A DNA stretch of 64,000 bases from Ginglymostoma cirratum (Eukaryota), in the NCBI GenBank assembly GCA_024137785.1, contig JAHRHZ010000271.1, forward strand, positions 8,113,150-8,177,149, given 5' to 3'. The translations under genes and the position numbers were made by a program. Below, piece after piece: positions 25,311 through 38,324 of this stretch. The stretch's first letter is position 1, and the number at the start of each line of letters is the position of its first letter. The notes under the pieces are model-generated. The model made no database searches. It was given only the letters and a program-made list of their open reading frames with translations, and had not been told where the DNA came from.

Positions 25311-26899
25311 AAATTTACTAATCCTGACAAAAAAAAAATGAAACATCAAACATTCACCCAGGTATAAAGTTAAAAACCAATATTGTCCAGCACAAAATGA
25401 AGGTGGAAGGAATATACAGTTTAAAACCCTTAGGGTGTCTTTGAGGTATACGGTATTAATATGGACCAAGGTTGTTTAGTTGGTGGCTTGACGATCAGCA
25501 GTAGCAAAAATTGCAGTTGTACTTTGACTTCTGTATTCTGATGTTTCATTTTAACCTGCCCTGTGACTAGTGCTTTTCCATTTTGAGAGTTTTCTCTAGC
25601 TTCAGTTCTACTGTCACAATCTCTCTACTGTCACAAGTAGCTCCTTGAAATTCATGCTGCATGCCTTGTGTATTTCATCTGCAGAACTTGTTTCGTTTAG
25701 GTTTGCTAATTGCAGGTGGGGCTCTATCTCCAAAAATGTGAAAATTTCCAGTGGTGTATTTCAAGATGGGAGATTCAGCACCTGTTTTCACACCTGACTG
25801 AGTTGACTGGTTTTGGTGCTTCGTTGGTTAAAAAGTCAATTTTGATTCAGACTGATTTAATTTAATGTACATTGATTTCATGAAACTTAGTTAAATTTGT
25901 GTGGTTAAATAATTGCTATGGCCATTTTTAGCCAGCGATTTTGACCCTTAATTGAATTTGATTTCAGTTCATGAAAACTCTGGACAATGGAATTGAAAAA
26001 TCAGTAATCTTTTCTTTATTAATGTCAAGACAATGTGGAGATGATTATGAATTGTAGGCTTAAATATCTGCCTTTCGTCAAGCTTCGGCAATCTGGATAG
26101 TTTTAATTCACACAAAGCTATAGGTTGACGCTCGATTCTGAAGGTCATTGATTGACATAACCTGTCGGAAATGTAATGATCATTTTATCCTTGGATTAGT
26201 GCTTTTGTTTAATTAATTTACAATTTATTGAATTGTATTAAAAATTCATTGAACTAAAAACCTGGATCGTAAAATCGAATGCAGTAAAAATTTTGCAGTC
26301 TTATAAAACATTACATGTTCGGCTTGCCTTGAAGCTCGCAGACCGGCTCTGCCAAGCTCTGATTTAAAGAAAAAATATCCCTTCAGCTGTTAATGTTGCA
26401 GTTATGTCACTGGAATCCCTGTGGCCACATTATGTACACTAAATTGCCCGATTGTGGCTGCCCTGAGCCTGTATATTTAAAATTGCGCTTCTGCTCTTAG
26501 GGCCCGTGAACCTGTGTAGTCAAACTGTGCAGCTGTCACGTGTCTTCTGAAGGCTGTAGCTCAACTAATGCCCAGGCACAGATTAATCCTCGGCTCTAAT
26601 TCACCGCCTGTATCGCTGAAACTCATCAGGATAGGCCAAGTGGGAATTATGGTTTAGCTATTAACAAAACCATTAAGGGGATTTCCGTGAGATGAGGTTT
26701 GCTTATTTTTAAAACATTTTTTCAGTTTGACATTTTTCTATCCCAGTCCAGTTCTGTTAATGCACTATTCTTGAGGTTTACAGTATGTGTGGTGCCTACA
26801 AGGGTTTGAGGGTGTTGAGCTGTGAAGGTTCGCAGTGACCTTTTTAATTGTATGCATGAGGCTTTCTGTAATGCTTGGGCCATTTTCTTCTCTCTGCAG

Positions 26900-26962
26900 T
26901 GCATGAAGATTTGAAGCTCAGTAACGGTGCAGATAATTCAAGGTCTTTCCGTTGTATCGAAG
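26900..26962 (+). other. PACSIN1: 5' UTR part of the same PACSIN1 exon
   Basis: Polypyrimidine acceptor cattttcttctctctgcag| ends at 26899, 63 nt upstream of the ATG. Confidence 0.75.
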
Positions 26963-27022
26963 ATGTCAGGCTCATACGACGAATCCAGTGGATTAGAGGA
27001 AACGACTGACAGTTTCTGGGAG
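26963..27022 (+). CDS. PACSIN1: First coding exon (CDS part) of PACSIN1/syndapin I, an F-BAR/SH3 protein
   Basis: ATG at 26963 reads MSGSYDESSGLEETTDSFWE, then a phase-0 GT donor (gag|gtactg, 27023). This matches the PACSIN1 N-terminus (MSxSYDE...EETTDSFWE|VGNYKRT) better than PACSIN2 ([20 protein letters not shown]). The next exon (VGNYKRT...) was not found in the window. Confidence 0.9.
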
Positions 27023-27599
27023 GTACTGCAACTTTCTTGCTACACTTTGGAAGATGAGAATATTGCAAGATAATTACTTAAGCCACGTCTGATTTATTTT
27101 AAAATAAGATTTGTAATAGTTTTCTCGTTATAAATTGCAGTCTGATAAAGGGTTAATGGGTTTTTATGGTTTAACGTACGTGGTTGAATGCTGTTATTCA
27201 CCAGGAATTGGGATGTGTTACAACAGTATGTGTGCACTGCAGAAAACGTGCTGCAGCTTTGCTTAAATGATTAATGAAACCACGAATGATATTGCGTTGC
27301 TATTTCAGCTGAATATCGACATTATTCGGTATTTAACTATGTATGTGTATGGTCTGAGTATAATATATGCGTACTTAAAGACCACTTCAGACTGGAAGTC
27401 GTGGCTTAAACGGTTAATTATGTTTTAAATTATTCATTAAGAAAACGTGCTTGGTAAATGCTTGCATGCAATAGATTTTATCAGAACGTATTAAAAAATA
27501 CATTAGAAGGATGAATAAATTTGGAATGTGGTGCCTTCCTAAAAAGCACAACTGCTTGCTTTATTCCCCTCTTCAAGGTGCTGACCTTTTGCAGAGAGG

Positions 27600-27830
27600 T
27601 CCTCTGCGGTTTGCAACCCTCCAGAGTCTTACTCAAGTGGCTATTCTTTGTGAGACTAGAGACTGAGCATCAATAAGCCACTTAATCTGTACCGAGACAA
27701 TCTTTGCTGAGACAAATTCTCTCTGTCCTTGCTCTATTTACCCAGTGTCATTGGGTAACCATCAGGAGGAAGGGAGAACCCTGCTGGTGTGCTTTATTCT
27801 CTTCCCTCTTCCAACCAGCGTAAAAATATT
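27600..27830 (-). mobile_element. Ancient AmnSINE2-like SINE remnant
   Basis: Minus strand cagggttctcccttcctcctgatggttacccaatgacactg...ctagtctcacaaagaatagccacttgagt resembles the AmnSINE2 body as I recall it; not verified by alignment. Confidence 0.5.
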
Positions 27831-28727
27831 AAGGGCTGTTTTAGTACTTCGAATGACATACTGGTTAGATGTTGAGCGAATGAACTTTTATATCTATTAA
27901 TACTGTGATAGACTTATCAATAGGATGAAAATGCTATCTAAGGAGTTTGGTGTGTTATTAATGCAGGTACTTTCTATTCCTTCATATTTCCCAGATTTCC
28001 ACAATCCATATTCTATTCCAAGGTAGTGTTGCTTTATTGACAGATTTCCACCATACTTGTTTATAAATCAGTCATTTCTTGAATGACCCATCCTTGTAGA
28101 TAATGTTAGATCTTCTTTTCATCCCTGTGGGAGACTACTCACCCTGTGCTTTCCCTGCTGCTACTGTCATGGTTTGAGAGGCAGGGGTTATACACTTCAG
28201 GTGCTATTTCCTTTTTTACTCAGTTCAACTACAAGTTTTCAGCCTCCTGTTCAAATGTTTTAACATAACTGTAGGCGGGACTAGGCAACAGATTTTTTTT
28301 TTTCAAAAGATATTAAGAGGACTAAAGCATTCAGAATCCAAGAACGGTTCCAGTCACTTTTTAAAACTGGCTTGTGTAATTAGGAGTAATTCAATCAATT
28401 TGGCCTTTACTATTCAATATTAGCTGGGGAAAATGAAAGCAATTTATTTAAGTCAAAAATAAATTACTTGTAATTTCAGTTCCTATGAATGGATTATTCT
28501 TTGTTCCTATCACCTACCAGTATTGAGAATTCTAATACTTGACATTTATGGGATTAAATTGGTCTATCATTATAAATGGAATATTTGGCTGTGTAACCCA
28601 TTCTAAATAGATCAATATAATTATCTGATTTGAACAACATTGGAAAATAAAGTTCTGTGGTAATTTCAAAACGTCTTAATGCAATTAATAAATGGTCCTT
28701 CAGTACCAAACTTTTAAAATCTATTCC

Positions 28728-28826
28728 GAAACAAAAACAGAAATTGCTGGAAAAGCTCAGCAGGCCTGGCAGCATCTATGGAGTGAAAGCAGTTAACATT
28801 TTGGGTCTGGTGACCTTTCCTCAGAT
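28728..28826 (-). repeat. PLE terminal-repeat fragment (family B, degenerate HHR)
   Basis: Matches the left arm of 21085-21330. Confidence 0.75.
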
Positions 28827-29609
28827 CCTTCAGTTGATATCACTTGTATTGAAGAACAAGCTATATTTAGAATGTCCCGCTGAAGTGAAGGACTCCTGTT
28901 GTTCCTCTTTGTAGGATATAGTGACATTTTACTTGCAATTTGAGAGAATGAAGGCACACTTGACACCTCCATATCAAAATATGAAAACAGTTTGAAATGA
29001 TCAACACGGGATTACAAGTATACATTTCTAAATCACAGAGCAGTGCTCCTTGCTCTAGTGTAATACAGAGCAGTTGGCTTTAACAACATATTAAGTTCAT
29101 TTTCTTAAAATTACCAGGATTTGTTATATCTCCAAGCAGTGCATCTAACGTTTGTGTGCAGGTAATCTTCCCGTCTTAAAATATTCTGATTCATCATTCA
29201 TATTAAATGGAAGATTGACAGCAGCTTCCAAAGGGCCATGAAGGAAATGAAGAAGTATAATTTAGCAGTTATACTCAGTTATACGTGAGGCTTGGGACAT
29301 AAAGAGATAAACATGGGGAAATCTTTTCAGATAAATGTAGGTCGTGAATCTAGTGTTCTATTCTGTACTTGGTAATGAGTTTTGCCCTTCTGCAAATTGA
29401 TCTTAACGAATGAAAGTAGCAATATATGAATCACTAGGTTTAGCACCAAGCTTGATACTGTGTCAACAGTGCATTAACTTGCATCAGCATGAGCTGTTAT
29501 GACATTCTAGGCAAATGTTTTCTTCACGTAACCCATTTACTAGAATTTTGAGAGTCATTTATCTGCTGGAAGTGGTAACCAAATTGCACAAAAACTCGTT
29601 TGTTTTACC

Positions 29610-29950
29610 TTGTTTAGAAAGTTGAGGGGTGATCTGATTACCATGGTTAAAATGATAGGATTCAGTATGGTAGATGATGTGAGGCTATATCCTGTGGTAT
29701 GGGAATCCAGAACAAGAAGAAATTAAGACTGGAACATTGCTTCTAACTTTGTATTTCTCAGTCTTTCACGCTTAGGGTATAATCTGGAAATCTCCACGAC
29801 ATGGCTATTGTTTTTGGGTCTCTTAAAACTTACAAGACCAAAATTTGAGAAACTCTCTAACAGGTATGGTTCTTGAGGAATGTGAATCAAAGGTGGTAAC
29901 GGGAGTTGACGTGTTGGTCAACAATGATTGGATAGAAGGTTGCACCTCCT
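29610..29950 (+). mobile_element. Old CR1 3' fragment
   Basis: agaaagttgaggggtgatctgatt...ggaatccagaacaag (LRGDLI motif). Confidence 0.6.
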
Positions 29951-30579
29951 TAATCCATATAAATCCATCTAAATATTTTTGACACTTGAACCACAAAATG
30001 GTTTCATTTGAATTTTACTTGATGTAACATATATAACTTCATCAATTGGTACAAATTTGGGTATTTCTGTGGCTCCAGTAATTTAATTGTGGCAATTATG
30101 ATAGAATCATTGAGAAACTTGGAAGAATTTTGTTGGAATTATGAATGCAAGAGCAAAGATGTTAGTAACAACAAGAGAATTATAGATAAATTGCCTGGAT
30201 GATGTTTTAAGGGGAGAAAAGGTAATTAGAAATGCATTTGAACTTTAAGTAGGAATGATCAGTAGGGGGATAAATGAAAAGAGTAAGTGACCATTTTTCC
30301 AGTCTTCATGTATTGACTCTGTTTTGCCATTGAAGGTCCAAAACCCTTTTTCACTCCTGAGTAAAGGTAACACATGAAAAGTGTCTGTGGTTTCTTCTCA
30401 CTTCTTGGCGAGTACACCCTCATTGGAAACTAGTCACAATTTGACATGTTGCCAAATGTTATAGGGGACTGAACAAAGTAAGCTATGGTAAGATCTGTGA
30501 CAGAATCGCACAAATCGGCAAGGCTTATCTCAATGTCAGGATCATTTTGCAATATCTTTAATACTTTTGACAAACAGAA

Positions 30580-31412
30580 TGAGTCCATGCTGGTCCACTC
30601 TTCCTTCACTCCCAACACCTACTCACGGCACCTTCCCCTGCAACCACCAAAGGTGTAACACCTGCCCATTTACCTCCTCCCTCCCCAAAATCCAAGGACC
30701 CAAACTTACCTTCCAGGTGATGCAACATTTCCCCTGCACTTGCCAGAATTTAGTCTATTGCATTTGCTGTTGATAATGTGGTCTCCTCTATATTGGGGAA
30801 ATGAAGTGCAGACTGAGATGCTCTGCAAAGCAGTCACCATGTTTTGCCTGCCAACAAGACCCTGAGCTTCCAGTTGCCTGCCACTTTAATACACCACCTT
30901 GTTCCCTGACTAGTATCTCTGTCTCTGGCTTGCTGAAGTGTTCCGTTGAAGCTCAACGCAGGTTGGAAGAACAACATCTTATTTTCGGCTTGGGGACCCT
31001 GCAGCCCTCCGGACTCAATATAGAGTTCAATAATTTTAGGGCCTAAACTCTCCCATGTCCTACCCTGCTAACCCACACATGAGGCCTTGTTATCACATGA
31101 TCTGCCATTACACACTACCTATTATTAGTCACTAGCAGCCTCCATTACCAGCTATTCACCCTCCTAACCAGATTGTTGTCAATTCCTTTTGCCTATCCAA
31201 CTGCTCTTCTCTCCCTTTGGGCTCTATCCCCACCTATTGTTTACACCTTACCCCCTCCCCCTCCCTATCTTCTGCATATAAAATGACATTTTCCAAGCTA
31301 CCATCAGTTCTGCGGAAGGGTCACTGGACTGGAAATGTTAACTGATTTTTTTTTTTTCCTTAACAGATGCTGCCAGACCCGCTGAGCTTTTCCTGCAACT
31401 TCTGTTTTTGTG
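30580..31412 (+). mobile_element. Penelope-like element (Neptune clade), degraded GIY-YIG plus family-B terminal repeat
   Basis: GTFPCNHQRCNTC, NLVYCICC*xCGLLYIGE, PVACHFN, LGTLQPSGLNIEF; ends in ctgcggaagggtcactggactggaaatgttaac...gctgagcttttcc. Confidence 0.9.
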
Positions 31413-31419
31413 GTGTGAG

Positions 31420-32330
31420 AAGGGATATCTGGAGTGTGTGCCAGGTTCCTTGTCTCCCTGCCTTCAGTCCTGACGACCGGTGGTTGGGTGATGGAGTACA
31501 GGTGGTGTACACCTCCCCAATGGGTGCTGGCCCTGGCTGTCCATAACAGCTGACAACATGTTACGTTGCATAACATGTTGTCCATGAAGGTTGCATGGCT
31601 TGCTGCAGCTCCTTGGCAATAAGGACCATTGCATCCTACATGCCTGTCTACTGCTCTGTTCATGTGGACACCACAGAGATCTCTGCTGCCTGGGAGTCGG
31701 TAGGTGCCAAGTCTCCAGAAATCCTCTGAGCCTGGCTGCGGACCTGCCAGTGATGATGTCACGAATGTCTGTGTGAGTAAGCTGAGCAGAGGCCATACGG
31801 ATTAATGGTGTGGGAGGATGAGGAGAAAAGGGAGCCAGAGAGGGAAGATGTTGCGGGTAATAATGAGTGTGGTACACCATGAGTCTTGGTAGGAGGTGGG
31901 TGCCATAGCAGAGAGAATAGGGTGGCAGTTACTCTGGTGCAACAGAGAAATTCATTGACTTTCATACAGCACTAACGGCCTTTCCTCTGCACGTGGACCA
32001 AGCAGCCAGGGTCAAGTGTCTGCCAGTCCTCTGGGAAGAGGACACCTCTGCTTTGTTCCACACACTTGGCCAAGACCTCCAGGTCCCTGCAGGACCATCT
32101 TCACCTTCTCTGACATCTTGTGGAAAAGTCCATAAGTGAGCAGAGCAGTTTTGGAATGCCAGTACTCTCCTGGATGTGCAGAAATCTTTTAGCGGTGGAC
32201 TCCTGCTGATGGTGGATTGTTCTGGAAATGTGTGTGGTAAACAGGGGTTGGAATCAAACATGAGATGCCATAGGGGTAGGGTTGGTAGTTTAATGAGGTG
32301 TATTTGATAAAATGCACCAAGAAACCTGCT
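31420..32330 (-). mobile_element. Harbinger Myb/SANT accessory ORF remnant
   Basis: Minus strand 31945-32100 resembles 60-240 (vlfp...aw..v...kvnef); degenerate. Confidence 0.45.
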
Positions 32331-33249
32331 TAGTGAGAATCTCTGCAAAAAAAACTTGATGCCCTTGCACTTAGTCAAAAACACACAAGATTAAGCTCAT
32401 TGTTAATCTTAATGTGAGAAGCTGTAAAGGTGAGTCATTTAGAAAATGGAAGCAATTCACACTGGAACAGTAGGGAATGATTGTTGCACAGTGTCTATAA
32501 GGCTCAATGGGCTAATAGTTTAGGGAGTCCTCAGCATCTACTGGTGCTTACCCTAACTTTTGGAATACTATGTGCTGATGGTAAAACAAAGCCGTCTATT
32601 CCCCAGCCCTACTCGCTCTGTTTTTCCAGCACTTTTACAAACCTCAGCCCTTCCCTTGTGCCGTGTTCCAGTTGAACTAGTACAGGTGCTCCTCACATTT
32701 TAGGAAAGGAGCAGATGGTTTGCAGTTTTCTTCTTAAAGGTAATGAAAACATAAGCTACTCTTCAAGGAAATCCCATTCAAAAGTCCAGGAAACCCTCAT
32801 GGGAGGACAGAGAAAATAATTAGCTACATAATTTGGTGAGAAGAGATACAATATAGGAGTGGTGGTGCTGTTGCATGCACAAGTTCAAAACACCAGGAAA
32901 AGCACTGACATGTTGGAAACCCGACACAATCCTGCTCACTTTGGAATTTATTTGATCTCTATTTGGAGGTCTTCTAATATTTAAATATGTAAAGAAGAAA
33001 TCAAAAGCATGTTTAACCTACTATTCCAATTTTAACTGCCAGAAGATTGGTTTCTTAAGATGCCTGAAAGACCTCTGCGTCAACAATGCTCAGTACAATA
33101 GAGATTGTGATGGCTATTTGAAATTGGCAGTTTGGAAAGTCTTAAAGTACTGAAGTAGGACTTGTGCTTCCTTGCCAAAGTGAAAGTCTTTTGCCCACAG
33201 GACTTGTTTTGAGAGTATACTTTAACTGCTTTAAAGGTGATTTTTAAAA

Positions 33250-34250
33250 TTGTAGAGCTTAATCCTGCTTTCCTAGCCTTGTAGTCAACGGTTATCTGCA
33301 CTTCCTTGCTGTTGGCTTTCGTTGCAGTATCTGAGCAAATTATGCAGTTTTATCTTGAACTTCATAACCGAAGGAGCAGAAGCAGCTGTGCTTCCCTTTG
33401 CCTTGTCTGCACACTGGCTTGTATGGTAGAAAGAACAGATGCAGAGCTTCAGCTTGAAGGAAGTGTGCCAAAACAAGATATACAATCTTGACTGAGCTCC
33501 AGTGCCTCCGGAAGCTCAGACTTTCTTAGCAGGTTGGATGCTGTCATCTGTAGCTTCCTGGAACAAGATTTTCTTCCAAGTAGACCAGGAGACTTCCATT
33601 GCCAGTGGCTGTCAAGGTCACAATGGCTTGAATTTCTTCATCTCCATATCCAATTCCTTCCAGAGATCTGTTGGTGGCATGTTTGCAGAGGGAATGTGAA
33701 ATCCTGCATGAGTCAGCTCCGATGTTTACCAGAAGTGCTGAAATGGAAAGTCGGATCAAGACATCTCTTTTATATTTTTTTGTAACGTCTGGATTCCCAC
33801 AGTTTGGAGAGTCATGAACAGCACTCGAAAGCATCGCCAGATTGGCCTGGAGCAGTTGTCAGTTAAATGAAATTTTACTGCATCAGTATTCGGCTGCTTT
33901 GTGACCATCGGAAGATTTTAATGTGTCTGGGCAGAATATCTGGAACCACAAAGACGCACGTTGCAGTCACAACTCTTCACACCTCCAAACAGAGTCAGCA
34001 GGTGGGTTCTTGGATACAAGGGCAGCCTCCCCAGGAACTGGTTAATAACATCTGTAAGGAGCCCTACCACAGATACAGCTAGAGTTATGTAAGCGTAACA
34101 CCACACGTGGAGCAAACCGTTAGGTTGCTGAAGGTGGTACTCGGGTCCTTAGTCACTTGAGTTGTGCTTCAGTTTGTACCAGCAAGGGTATCTAGAATGG
34201 TAGAGGTCTGCTTTGACTTGCACAACATGACACTAAAACAAATATTAAAA
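33250..34250 (+). mobile_element. Degenerate Harbinger transposase
   Basis: LPLPVAVKVT, LNFF, SGFPQ, IRLLCDHRK and a terminal HN motif occur in order. Confidence 0.7.
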
Positions 34251-34257
34251 AGAACGG

Positions 34258-34749
34258 ATAGTAGGAACTNNNNNNNNNNNNNNNNNNNNNNNNNNNNNNN
34301 NNNNNNNNNNNNNNNNNNNNNNNNNNNNNNNNNNNNNNNNNNNNNNNNNNNNNNNNNNNNNNNNNNNNNNNNNNNNNNNNNNNNNNNNNNNNNNNNNNNN
34401 NNNNNNNNNNNNNNNNNNNNNNNNNNNNNNNNNNNNNNNNNNNNNNNNNNNNNNNNNNNNNNNNNNNNNNNNNNNNNNNNNNNNNNNNNNNNNNNNNNNN
34501 NNNNNNNNNNNNNNNNNNNNNNNNNNNNNNNNNNNNNNNNNNNNNNNNNNNNNNNNNNNNNNNNNNNNNNNNNNNNNNNNNNNNNNNNNNNNNNNNNNNN
34601 NNNNNNNNNNNNNNNNNNNNNNNNNNNNNNNNNNNNNNNNNNNNNNNNNNNNNNNNNNNNNNNNNNNNNAGGCCCGAAACATCAGCTTTCCTGCTCCTCT
34701 GATGCTGCTTGGCCTGCTGTGTTCATCCGGCTCTACACCTTGTTATCTT
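34258..34749. mobile_element. PLE family-A terminal-repeat insertion spanning the 400-N gap
   Basis: Left of the gap gatagtaggaact resembles the repeat start; right of the gap aggcccgaaacatcagctttcctgctcc...caccttgttatct is the reverse-orientation arm containing the GAAAC half of the HHR. Confidence 0.7.
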
Positions 34750-36239
34750 GTATTAAATAGAAGGCCTTGCCTTGGCAGTTTAGCAATTCATGGAGTCTTT
34801 TGCCACACTTGACAAGAATTTACAAGTGAGCCACGAGAGGGGAAAATGGACAAAGGGCACATGGAAATGGGGACCAGGGTTTTCAAAGCCCAATTGGGAT
34901 TAATGTGGAGGCAGCTGGATGTGAATATCCAAGCCACTGGAAGACCTGTTACTTAACTGGCACCATCCTGTTCCCTGACCATTTGCCTTGGGAAAACATG
35001 GCCAGGTCAGCAGAATGCCTGCCCAAAATCAGAGGGTTCCCAATTTTTAGAATATTTGAAAAGGCCTTTAGGGCTAATTGTCAGGCATTGACTGGAAATT
35101 TCCAGTTGAGACATCCAGGATTAGGCAAGCTGCCTGTACATGGCCTCCTAACAGACCAGGGCCCAGCACCCACAAGCTGGCTACAAGGCCCTCTTGCCTT
35201 CTGGCTGTTACAGTGGTTGCAGGCTGCCCAGTGTTTGGGAACTATCTTCACAATGCACCCTAGCAGCTAAAGATAGGTTCACTTGCTTCTGTTAAGTGGC
35301 ACTGCAGGATTCTGCACCTTTTAAAAAGTTGCAGTTAGACTCCAGCTTCAGGCCCATTTATTGCTCATCCCATGGCAGATCGTGGGTAGGCCATTGGCAA
35401 GGGCAGCATACATTTGGTTGCCTGTCATATCAAAGTCTCCATGTAGGTGGTAAATGCTATTCATGAAGATGGACATCAGCGCGGAGGCTTGAGGTGTCAT
35501 GCACTCACTCTAGAGAACCTCCTCCAAACTTTCTCCATAATGTGCAGTGTCTCTGGATACTCTCCTGGAATTGTTCATGTTTTTCTGTTGCAACTCCAGA
35601 TGCCCCTCGTAGTGGATGACCCTGACCCGGAGTCTGAGAGTCTGTACCAGCAGAACCAAGCTTGGTACCCTTTGGCACTGACTTTCCTCCGTTCCTTCCT
35701 GCTTCTAAATCCTGCCTCTGCTCTCTTGTGATGTCTGTCTCACTATTTGACAACCTAGCTATCCTCCGTTGAAAGTTTCATGCAAGTGTGTATATCTGCA
35801 CAGGTGCCTTATGCACATCTGTCATGTCACACTGCTTTGTCAGAGTGCGTTATTTTTAACCATATGAATTTTACATACAAAATATTTAAGGGAGGCCATG
35901 ATATCTTGACAGTAGACAAGATGCAAGCAAATCTTCCAACGCTACTGTTATTCATTGCTTTTACAATTAGAGTTAACATTTACAAGATTCGTTATGTGCC
36001 AGTCTTGCAGCCCGAAGGGTTTTACCCAGTTTCTAGCCACTGTGTGATAAGGCTGAAAGGCTTTACGTAGTGGTTTTTCCTGTTTGTGTCCGTAGCTCCA
36101 AGTTTTAATGCATCTCTCTGCACATAGTCCTGGACTTCATAATCAAGTGCACCAGACTGTCATATTTTGGAGGTCTCTTTGATCTGGGGGGCCAGCAAGT
36201 TTTGGGTTGTCAAAAAAGCAGCTTTCCCCTAGTTGGTGG

Positions 36240-37385
36240 TCTAATAGATGTTATCTACCTGGACTTGAAGAGGGCCTTTGACAAGGTGCCACACAGGAGG
36301 CTGCTGAGTAAGATAAGGGCCCATGGTGTTAGAGGCAAGGTACCAGCATGGATAGAAGATTAGCAGTCTGGCAGAAGGCAGAGAGTGGGGTTGAAAGGGT
36401 CTTTCTCAAGACGGTAGCCAGTGACAAGTGGTGTTTCACAACTTTTCACTTCATACATTAATCTTCTAGATGAAGGAACTAAGGGCATTCTGGCTAAGTT
36501 TGCAGACGATACAAAGATAGGTAGAGGGGCAGGTAGTATTAAGGATGCAGGGAGGCTGCAGAAGGATTTGAACAGGTCAGGAGAGTGAGCAAAGAAGTGG
36601 CAGAGTACAACGTGGGAAAGTGTGAGGTCATGCACTTTGGTAAGAAGAATAGAAACATAGACTATTTTCTAGATGGGGAGAATACTCAGAAGTCTGAAGT
36701 GCAAAGAGACTTGGGAGTTCTAGTCCAAGATTCTCAAGATAAACTTGCAGGTTGAGTCAGTGGTCAGGAAGGCAAATGCAATGTTGGCATTTATTTTGAG
36801 AGGACTTGAATATAAAAGCAGGGATGTACTTCTGAGGCTCTATAAGGCTGTGGTCAGGCCGCATTTGGAGTATTGTGTGCTGTTTTGGGCCCCATATCTC
36901 AGGAAAGATGTACTGACCCTGGAGCGGATTCAGAGGAGGCACATGAGAATGGTCCCAGGAATGAAAAGTTTAACATTTGAGGACTCTGGGTCTATGGAGA
37001 TTAGAAGGATGAGGGGGGGATCTAATTGAAACTTTCAGAATACTGAATGGCCTGGATAGAGTGGATGTTGGGAAGATGTTTGGTAGGAGAGACTAGGACC
37101 CAAGGGCACAGCCTTAGAGTAAAAGGAAGACCTTTTAGATTGGAGATAAGGAGAAACGTCTTCAGGCAGAGAGTGGTGAATCTATGGAATTCATTGCCAC
37201 ACAAGGCTGTGAAGGCCAGATCATTTGAGTGTATTTGAGACTGAGATAGATAAGTTCTTGATTTATGAAGGGTTACAGGAAGAAAGCAGGAGAATGCGGT
37301 TGAGAACTTATCAGCCATGATTGACTGGCGGAACAGACCTGATGGGCTGCATGGGCTAACTTCTGCTCCTATGTATTATAGTCTA
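36240..37385 (+). mobile_element. 5'-truncated CR1 LINE
   Basis: KFADDTK; ORF 36745-37029 LYKAVVRPHLEYCVLFWAPY; RVVNLWNSLP; CR1 3' UTR. Confidence 0.93.
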
Positions 37386-37389
37386 CTTG

Positions 37390-38200
37390 TGTTCATCTGT
37401 CTGCGTTCCTAGAAACAGCCCGTAGAGCACAGTCCTGTTCAGGATGAAGCTAGGCAAAAACCCCTGCTTCTGTTACCAGACATTCATTGCAAAGACACTT
37501 TTACAAAGGAGGTGGAGATGCACTTGTTCCCTAGCAACTGCTTTGAGGGCCATGCACGGATGGGCTGAGACTTTGGGCAGGAATGTTCTGATGTGGAGGA
37601 TCTTTACCATTCCTAACCAGATTATATGTTGGTGCTTGTATGATGTTGTTGATGAAGCTTTCTCCAAAATGACCTCTGCTCAGGGAACCATTGACAAGAT
37701 GCATCACCTTTTTGCTCAGGGCCTCAAGTAACTTGTGTACAGACTGTTGGATATGTGATTTTTTTTTTTTTTTTTTTTTTTTCTGCATTATTGTCTCCAC
37801 AAATGCCAGATGTTACAGTTCTGTACAGTATAACTGCTTGGTACATTCTATAGCAATGTGTCCAGGCCCATTGCTCACAACACCTAAGATGGATAGATAG
37901 AATCTTGGCCCATAATGACACTTCATGGATATGTGCACATCTTAATACAGCCATACCCAAGTGGCCGTGAAGCTGAGGAATACACATCTTGAGTATGCTT
38001 TTCCCCCTCCTTGTCCAGAGGTTATGGAGATAATATTTTCCTTTTGGGCTGTCAGAATCCAATACTTGGCAGCATTCCCACATCGCATTTCCACCTTTGT
38101 ATCTGCCCTCAGTGACAGATCTCCAATGGCAATGATCTATTCAGTGGTTCCTTTTGAAGAGGTCCTTCAACTGACACATGAAGGCCGTTGATGTACCCAC
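37390..38200 (-). mobile_element. Old Tx1-like LINE C-terminal remnant
   Basis: ORF 37473-37667(-) ASS...KHQHIIWL...IRTFL...HLLCKSVFAMNVW resembles the L1/Tx1 zinc-binding region; parallels 9540-9740. Confidence 0.6.
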
Positions 38201-38324
38201 ACTTTGATTAGGAAGCCCAAAAGTAGAATAGTAGTACTGGGGCTCAGTCTTTTGGGGGGGGGGAAAAAAATCACCTCCAGGCAGCTCCAAAGCTTAACTT
38301 GCCCCTAACCTACTACCAGCTCCC

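Noticed and set aside
25774-25795. REST/NRSE site (TTCAGCACC; also near 208 and 17397)
   Set aside because: Only the left half is present; the GGACAG right half is missing.
34164-34760. Long ORFs spanning N runs (also 14531-14923)
   Set aside because: Artefacts of translating assembly gaps.
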